NCBI GenBank assembly: GCA_036489715.1
Contig: DASXFG010000063.1
Span: forward strand, 2,272-66,271
Source: Acidimicrobiales bacterium
GTDB lineage: Bacteria; Actinomycetota; Acidimicrobiia; Acidimicrobiales; RAAP-2
Direction: 5' to 3'
DNA: 64,000 nt
The notes below the pieces were generated by a model. The model did not search any database and had not been told where the DNA came from. It saw only the letters and a program-made list of their open reading frames with translations. Numbering within the stretch: the stretch's first letter is position 1; each line of letters starts with the position of its first letter. The translations under genes were made by a program, and so were the position numbers. Shown here piece by piece: positions 58,881-64,000 of this stretch.

Positions 58881-59366
58881 TTAACGGTTTTGGTGTTGGT
58901 TGCCGGAGGCGGGTGGACGGACGGCGAAGGGCAGGTCGAGCACCGTGACGCTGCCGCCTTTTTCTTCAATGGCGCTCTTGGCCGAGGCCGAAAAGGCGTG
59001 CGCGCTCACGTGCAGCGCTCCGCTGACACCACCGCGGCCAAGGACCTTGACGAAATCTGACTTACGCGCCAGGCCGTGCTGGACGATCGTCTCGAGCGTG
59101 ATGTCGCTGAGGCCCAGATTGGCGAGGGCGTCGAGGTTCACTGGCGTGTACTCCACGCGGAAGGGATTGGTGAAACCCTTGAGCTTGGGAATGCGCTGGA
59201 GCAGCGGCAACTGGCCACCTTCGAAGCTGGGCCGAATCTGACGACGCGCTTTTTGCCCCTTGGTTCCGCGACCGGCGGTCTTGCCACCCTTACCCGCGAT
59301 GCCGCGACCGACGATCTTCTTGCGATGCGTGGACCCCTCGGGCGGGGTGAGGTCGTGCAGCTTCAT
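58881..59366 (-). CDS. rplO: 50S ribosomal protein L15
   Basis: MKLHDLTPPEGSTHRKKIVGRGIAGKGGKTAGRGTKGQKAR. Confidence 0.9.
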   Translation of the reverse strand: MKLHDLTPPEGSTHRKKIVGRGIAGKGGKTAGRGTKGQKARRQIRPSFEGGQLPLLQRIPKLKGFTNPFRVEYTPVNLDALANLGLSDITLETIVQHGLARKSDFVKVLGRGGVSGALHVSAHAFSASAKSAIEEKGGSVTVLDLPFAVRPPASGNQHQNR

Positions 59367-59368
59367 CT

Positions 59369-59545
59369 CTAGACCTCTTCTACTTTCACTAGGTGCGGCA
59401 CGCGGGCAATCATCCCGTGGATCTCGGGACGATCCGGCAGCACGTTGGACTGGCCGATGCCGCGCAGCCCGAGCGCGCGCAACGTACCGCGGTGCTTGGG
59501 CTTGGTGGCGATCGACGAACGAATCTGAGTTACCTTGAGCGACAT
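59369..59545 (-). CDS. rpmD: 50S ribosomal protein L30
   Basis: Hand translation: MSLKVTQIRSSIATKPKHRGTLRALGLRGIGQSNVLPDRPEIHGMIARVPHLVKVEEV*; below the ORF-track cutoff. Confidence 0.9.
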   Translation of the reverse strand: MSLKVTQIRSSIATKPKHRGTLRALGLRGIGQSNVLPDRPEIHGMIARVPHLVKVEEV

Positions 59546-59547
59546 GC

Positions 59548-60102
59548 TTAACCCTCCGTCACCTTAAAGAGGTCACCTTCGCGCTGGAGTTCGCGATACG
59601 CGCGCAGCGTGCCCGAGGGCACGACTTCATCAGGCGCCTTGTCACGAGCGGCCGCGATCTCCTCGGGCCGGCGCAACTGCTTGAGGCCTTCGATCGTCGC
59701 GTGGGCGACGTTGATCCCGTTAGAAGAGCCCAGGGACTTGGCGATGATGTCCTTGACCCCCGCCATCTCGAGAATCGCGCGCGCCGCGCCGCCGGCGATC
59801 ACGCCGGTGCCCGGAGCAGCCGGCTTCATCAGTACGCGACCCGCCCCGGCCTTGCCGATGACGGGGTACACGATGGTCGAACCCGCCAGAGGCACGTCGA
59901 AGAGGTTTTTGCGAGCTTCTTCGATACCCTTTTGCACCGCGAGGCCGGCTTCTTTGGCCTTGCCGTAACCGAGCCCGACCTTGCCCTTGCCGTCGCCGAT
60001 CACCATCAGGGCGGTGAAGGAGAACCGACGACCACCCTTGACGACCTTCGAGACGCGATTCACCTTGATGGTGCGCTCTTCGAACTGCTCTACGTCACTC
60101 AT
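59548..60102 (-). CDS. rpsE: 30S ribosomal protein S5
   Basis: [33 protein letters not shown]. Confidence 0.95.
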   Translation of the reverse strand: MSDVEQFEERTIKVNRVSKVVKGGRRFSFTALMVIGDGKGKVGLGYGKAKEAGLAVQKGIEEARKNLFDVPLAGSTIVYPVIGKAGAGRVLMKPAAPGTGVIAGGAARAILEMAGVKDIIAKSLGSSNGINVAHATIEGLKQLRRPEEIAAARDKAPDEVVPSGTLRAYRELQREGDLFKVTEG

Positions 60103-60458
60103 TAAAACTCCAGTCCACCGGCGCGCAACGCGTCGGCGAAGGCCGCCACGCGGCCGTGATAGTCAAAGCCACCGCGGTCAAAGACCACCTTGGCGATGTT
60201 GGCTTCTTTGGCGCGACTGGCGAGCAGCTCGGCCACCTTCTTCGCGCCCTCGACGTTGCCACCGCTGAGGTCCTTAAAGCCGGACTCCACCGAGGAGGCG
60301 GCGGCGAGCGTGCGACCACTCACGTCGTCGATGATCTGGGCCGAGATGTGCTTGTTGGTGCGACTCACGGCGACGCGAGGACGCTCGGGCGTGCCCGAAA
60401 GGGCCTTGCGAACGCGGGCGTGGCGGCGCAGTCGAAGTTCACGGGTCGTGCGGGGCAT
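60102..60458 (-). CDS. rplR: 50S ribosomal protein L18
   Basis: [36 protein letters not shown]; C-terminal [19 protein letters not shown]. Confidence 0.95.
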   Translation of the reverse strand: MPRTTRELRLRRHARVRKALSGTPERPRVAVSRTNKHISAQIIDDVSGRTLAAASSVESGFKDLSGGNVEGAKKVAELLASRAKEANIAKVVFDRGGFDYHGRVAAFADALRAGGLEF

Positions 60459-60997
60459 TACTTTGCGGCCTTTCCTGCCTTGCGCGCCACTCGCTCACCG
60501 AGGTAGCGCACGCCCTTGCCCTTGTAAGGCTCGGGCTTTCGAAGTTTGCGAATGTTGGCGGCGACTTGGCCGACAACTTCCTTATCCGGTCCCTTGATGA
60601 TCACCCGTGTGGGCGTGGGGACCTCGAAGGTGACGCCCTCGGGCGCGGTGAACTTTACCGGGTGGCTAAAGCCCAGGGCCAGGTCCAACACGCCCGGACC
60701 GCCGTTCGACGCGCGGTATCCCACGCCGATGATCTCGAGCTCCTTGGACCAGCCCTCCGTAACGCCCACGACCATGTTGGAAACCAGCGTGCGCGTGAGT
60801 CCGTGCAGGGCCTTTTGACTCGTCTCGTCGCTTTCACGCGACACCACCAACGTGTCGCCTTCTTGCTCAAGAGAGATGCCCGCGGGAACGGTGCGCGTCA
60901 TGGTGGCGTGGGGACCCTTGACGGTTACCTCGTCACCCGAGACGCTTACGTCGACGTTCGCGGGAACGGTGATCGGGCTTCGTCCGATTCGCGACAT
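60458..60997 (-). CDS. rplF: 50S ribosomal protein L6
   Basis: [29 protein letters not shown]..; [11 protein letters not shown]. Confidence 0.95.
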   Translation of the reverse strand: MSRIGRSPITVPANVDVSVSGDEVTVKGPHATMTRTVPAGISLEQEGDTLVVSRESDETSQKALHGLTRTLVSNMVVGVTEGWSKELEIIGVGYRASNGGPGVLDLALGFSHPVKFTAPEGVTFEVPTPTRVIIKGPDKEVVGQVAANIRKLRKPEPYKGKGVRYLGERVARKAGKAAK

Positions 60998-61024
60998 TAG
61001 AGCACCTCCTTCGAGGCGAGGCGG

Positions 61025-61429
61025 CTACCAGACATAGCAGAGCACCTCGCCGCCCAACTTGGCCTTGCGTGCTTCACGGTCGGTCATGAGCCCGTGGCTC
61101 GTCGACACGACGGCCACGCCCACGCCGCCCAGCACCTTGGGCATCTGGTCGGACTTCTTATAGATACGCAGTCCGGGCTTCGAGACGCGCTGAATGCCAA
61201 TAATGGTCTTCTTGCGGTCCTCGGAGTACTTGAGAGTGATCTCGAGCTGCGCGCCGGGCTTGTCGTCGAACTTTGTGACGCGATACCCCGCGATGTAGCC
61301 CTCCTTCTCGAGGACCTTGGCCAAGTTCTCCTTCAGCTTCGACGAAGGCATCTTCACGCTGTCGAACATCGCAGAGTTGGCGTTGCGGATACGCGTGAGC
61401 ATGTCGGCGATGGGGTCAGTCATTGTCAT
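61025..61429 (-). CDS. rpsH: 30S ribosomal protein S8
   Basis: [18 protein letters not shown]..; internal ATG 61429. The track ORF extension overlaps rpsN. Confidence 0.95.
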   Translation of the reverse strand: MTMTDPIADMLTRIRNANSAMFDSVKMPSSKLKENLAKVLEKEGYIAGYRVTKFDDKPGAQLEITLKYSEDRKKTIIGIQRVSKPGLRIYKKSDQMPKVLGGVGVAVVSTSHGLMTDREARKAKLGGEVLCYVW

Positions 61430-61439
61430 CGCTGTCCTC

Positions 61440-61625
61440 CTACCAACTCGCCTTAGTGACGCCGGGAATCTCACCGGCGTGGACCATCGTGCGCAGGCAG
61501 ATGCGGCACAGACCGAACTTGCGGTACACCGAACGCGGACGTCCACAGCGCTGACAGCGCGTGTAGGCCCGCGTCGAAAACTTCGGCGTTTGGGTCTGCT
61601 TGATGCGAAGGGCTTTTTTCGCCAT
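61440..61625 (-). CDS. rpsN: 30S ribosomal protein S14 type Z (zinc-binding)
   Basis: 61 aa; [20 protein letters not shown]. Confidence 0.95.
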   Translation of the reverse strand: MAKKALRIKQTQTPKFSTRAYTRCQRCGRPRSVYRKFGLCRICLRTMVHAGEIPGVTKASW

Positions 61626-61627
61626 GC

Positions 61628-62191
61628 TTATCGAGTCTCCTGTTTGAAGGGGAAGCCGTAGGCGCGCAAGAACGCGCGACCCTGCTCGTCGTTCACGGCC
61701 GTGGTGACAATGGTGATGTCAAAGCCACGGGGCGCGTCGATCTTGTCGTAGTCGATCTCGGGGAAGATCAACTGGTCGTTCACACCAAAGGTGTAGTTGC
61801 CGTGTCCGTCGAAGGACTTGGGCGACAGCCCGCGAAAGTCACGGATACGCGGGATCGCGAGGCTGAGCAGGCGATCGAAGAACTCCCAGGCGCGATCTCC
61901 GCGCAGGGTCACCTTCACGCCGATGGGCTGGGTCTCGCGCAACTTGAAACTCGCGATGGACTTCTTGGCGCGCGTCACGACGGGCTTTTGGCCCGTGATC
62001 TGCTCGAGATCGCGCTGGGCGCCCTCGAGCAGGCTCGCCTGCTGGGTGGCGCGGCCGACACCGGAGTTGATCACGATCTTGTCCAGGCGCGGTACCTGCA
62101 TGATGTTGGCGAGGCCCAGCTCGTCCTTGAGGGCCACGCGAATCTCTTTGTCGTAGCGGACCTTAAGACGGGGCCGTGTAGCAGTCGTCAT
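61628..62191 (-). CDS. rplE: 50S ribosomal protein L5
   Basis: [29 protein letters not shown]; ATGA overlap with the rplX stop. Confidence 0.95.
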   Translation of the reverse strand: MTTATRPRLKVRYDKEIRVALKDELGLANIMQVPRLDKIVINSGVGRATQQASLLEGAQRDLEQITGQKPVVTRAKKSIASFKLRETQPIGVKVTLRGDRAWEFFDRLLSLAIPRIRDFRGLSPKSFDGHGNYTFGVNDQLIFPEIDYDKIDAPRGFDITIVTTAVNDEQGRAFLRAYGFPFKQETR

Positions 62192-62493
62192 AGAACCTCT
62201 CCACACTTGCGACAGACGCGGACCTTCTTGTCGTCCACGACGTCGGAACCAATTCGCGCCGGACCCTTGTGCTTGGGGCACCACACCGCCACGTTGGAGG
62301 CGCTCATGGGCAGCATCTTGTCGATGATGCCGGCCTGCATCGTGGCGCCGCGCTGCTTGGTGGCGCGTTTGGCCACGTTCAGAGTGTCCAACAACACCTT
62401 GTCAAGCGCGGGCAACGCCTCTTCGACATTGGCGCGCTCCCCGCGGTACTTGCCCGAGAGCACGATCACGTCATCACCCTTTTGAATTTTCAT
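62188..62493 (-). CDS. rplX: 50S ribosomal protein L24
   Basis: [18 protein letters not shown]..; ATG 62493 in a TGATG overlap with the rplN stop (GTG 62496 also possible). Confidence 0.9.
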   Translation of the reverse strand: MKIQKGDDVIVLSGKYRGERANVEEALPALDKVLLDTLNVAKRATKQRGATMQAGIIDKMLPMSASNVAVWCPKHKGPARIGSDVVDDKKVRVCRKCGEVL

Positions 62494-62861
62494 CACAGCA
62501 CCTCCGGGGCGAGCGAAACGATTCGCATGAACTTCTTGTCGCGCAACTCTCGGCCCACCGGGCCAAAAATTCGCGTGCCGCGCGGCTGAAGCTGGTCATT
62601 GATCAGCACCGCGGCGTTTTCGTCGAACTTGATGTACGAGCCGTCCGGACGGCGCTTCTCCTTGGCGGTGCGCACCACCACGCAACGCACGACGTCGCCC
62701 TTCTTGACCGCCGCACCGGGGATGGCGTCCTTCACGGTGGCGATAAAGACGTCACCGATGGAGGCGTAGCGCCGGCGCGAACCGCCCAGCACGCGGATGC
62801 ACAGGACCTCCTTGGCGCCGGAGTTGTCGGCGACCTTGAGTCTGCTCTCTTGTTGAATCAT
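62493..62861 (-). CDS. rplN: 50S ribosomal protein L14
   Basis: [27 protein letters not shown]. Confidence 0.95.
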   Translation of the reverse strand: MIQQESRLKVADNSGAKEVLCIRVLGGSRRRYASIGDVFIATVKDAIPGAAVKKGDVVRCVVVRTAKEKRRPDGSYIKFDENAAVLINDQLQPRGTRIFGPVGRELRDKKFMRIVSLAPEVL

Positions 62862-63136
62862 CGAGCACGCTCCACGACTTCGGTGAGGCGCCAGCGCTTG
62901 AGCTTCGAGAGCGGACGGGTTTCTTGAACGCGTACCCGGTCTCCCACCTTGGCCTCGTTCTTCTCGTCGTGCACGTAGAGCTTCTTGGTGCGCTGGACGG
63001 TCTTGGCGTAGCGAGCGTGGCTCACGCGTTCGTTGACCGCGACGACGAGCGTCGAGTTCATCTTGTCCGAGACGACAATGCCTTCGCGGACCTTGCGCGG
63101 ATTCACGCGCTCTTCGTTGTGGCTCGCGTCACTCAT
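62858..63136 (-). CDS. rpsQ: 30S ribosomal protein S17
   Basis: [18 protein letters not shown]...H..Y.K.....K..VHDE.N....GD.V...E.RPLSK.KRW. Confidence 0.95.
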   Translation of the reverse strand: MSDASHNEERVNPRKVREGIVVSDKMNSTLVVAVNERVSHARYAKTVQRTKKLYVHDEKNEAKVGDRVRVQETRPLSKLKRWRLTEVVERAR

Positions 63137-63372
63137 GACTGGGCACCTTCTTCTAGGGCTTCGGCGGCCGCGATCTCGCGTTCGCGCAGAAACGTTTCGA
63201 GGCGGGCAATGTCTCTTTTCACCGCGCTAATGCGCGCGGAGTTGTCCAGCTGACCCGTAGCCAGCTGGAAACGCAGGTTGAAGAGTTCGCGACGGGCCTC
63301 GCCCAAACGGCCCAGCAGTTCGCTGTCGCCCAAACGGCGCATCTCGGCCACGCGTTCTGAAGTCTTCGGCAT
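63133..63372 (-). CDS. rpmC: 50S ribosomal protein L29
   Basis: [27 protein letters not shown]..; ATG 63372 in a TAATG overlap with the rplP stop. Confidence 0.9.
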   Translation of the reverse strand: MPKTSERVAEMRRLGDSELLGRLGEARRELFNLRFQLATGQLDNSARISAVKRDIARLETFLREREIAAAEALEEGAQS

Positions 63373-63809
63373 TAGATGGTCACCTCCGGCGCGCCGTGAG
63401 TCCCGGGACGAACGACGAATTTGGCCTTGATAGGAAGCTTTTGGATAGCGCGCTCCATGGCGGCGCGCGCCAAGGTCTCGTCCACGCCGCCCAACTCGAA
63501 GAGCATGCGGCCCGGCTTGATCACCGCTACCCAGAACTCGGGATTGCCCTTGCCCGAGCCCATGCGGGTCTCGGCCGGCTTTTGGGTGACGGGCTTGTCC
63601 GGGAAGACGCGGATCCACACCTTGCCGCCTCGCTTGACGTGACGGGTCATGGCGATACGAGCGGCTTCAATCTGACGGGCGGTTACCCAGCCCGACTCGA
63701 GCGCCTGGATACCGAAGTCGCCGAAGTTCAGGTCCACGCCGCCCTTAGCGAGGCCGCCGCGGCGACCACGCATCACCTTGCGGTGCTTAACCTTGCGGGG
63801 CATCAACAT
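63372..63809 (-). CDS. rplP: 50S ribosomal protein L16
   Basis: [49 protein letters not shown]. Confidence 0.95.
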   Translation of the reverse strand: MLMPRKVKHRKVMRGRRGGLAKGGVDLNFGDFGIQALESGWVTARQIEAARIAMTRHVKRGGKVWIRVFPDKPVTQKPAETRMGSGKGNPEFWVAVIKPGRMLFELGGVDETLARAAMERAIQKLPIKAKFVVRPGTHGAPEVTI

Positions 63810-63811
63810 GA

Positions 63812-64000
63812 CTACTCAGCGTCCTTTCGAAAGTGAGGCGCGTCGGAGTGCTCCGACGCCGTGCGGCGCTCAATCTCCTCTTCGCGACTGAGCTGGGCCT
63901 CCACCTCGGGGGTCGAGGCGAGTAGGTCGGCCACCGAGGTGTTCTCCACCTGAGCGTCGACGAGGGCGTCAGCGTTCTCGATCACGGCCTCGGTCTCGAG
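63812..64000 (-). CDS. rpsC: 3' end of the gene preceding rplP, presumably 30S ribosomal protein S3 with an acidic C-terminal extension (5' end off the window)
   Basis: Only open frame: [62 protein letters not shown]; stop is 2 nt before the rplP ATG. The S3 call rests on conserved S10-operon order only; no S3 core motif is visible in the window. Confidence 0.5.
   Translation of the reverse strand, partial: LETEAVIENADALVDAQVENTSVADLLASTPEVEAQLSREEEIERRTASEHSDAPHFRKDAE

Overview
GC-rich, very gene-dense core chromosome segment with an actinobacterial backbone. The gene order matches the Mycobacterium/Streptomyces layout, and the tight packing suggests a streamlined lineage such as Acidimicrobiia; the taxon is not determinable from this window. 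All calls come from reading the supplied translations and the DNA by eye, with no database search.

Layout:
- 1-12.5 kb: small membrane proteins (DoxX, DedA, AzlCD, TatA), a crotonase and an alkyl-sulfatase-like MBL hydrolase. These are followed by a translationally coupled ctaC-ctaD-ctaF aa3 oxidase operon and an Sdh1-type succinate dehydrogenase operon (single large anchor, sdhA, sdhB) with a coupled SCP2-domain ORF.
- 12.5-16.4 kb: ABC-2 exporter divergent from a NarL-type two-component system.
- 16.4-24.9 kb, all minus strand: sucCD-purN-purH-folD-cupin-metF-icd-mdh.
- 25-34.8 kb: DprE2-like SDR, pcrA, guaA, guaB3-like, CoA-type Nudix, an MMPL transporter and an orphan Cys-containing secreted protein.
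- 34.8-64 kb: one co-directional minus-strand block running rpsC ... rplO-secY-adk-map | three envelope/secreted genes | infA-rpmJ-rpsM-rpsK-rpsD-rpoA-rplQ-truA | pepO-dinB | rplM-rpsI-glmM-glmS-acpS-alr-udg-tsaE-tsaB-rimI-tsaD-pdxH | groES-groEL.

Three conserved small genes absent from the ORF track were recovered by hand: rpmJ, rpmD and infA. Two tandem CIRCE operators overlap a promoter upstream of groES.

No tRNA, rRNA, CRISPR, transposase, integrase or obvious defence/toxin system was seen, so this is mostly ordinary housekeeping DNA. The observations most worth follow-up:
1. infA appears to start at CTG.
2. An identical 11-nt GC-rich motif sits in the predicted leaders of the infA and rplM operons.
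3. A three-gene envelope islet carrying poly-Thr linkers is inserted at the map|infA junction.
4. The Sdh1-like anchor carries a CHACRH motif and the operon ends in a coupled SCP2 ORF.
5. An orphan secreted protein lies downstream of groEL.
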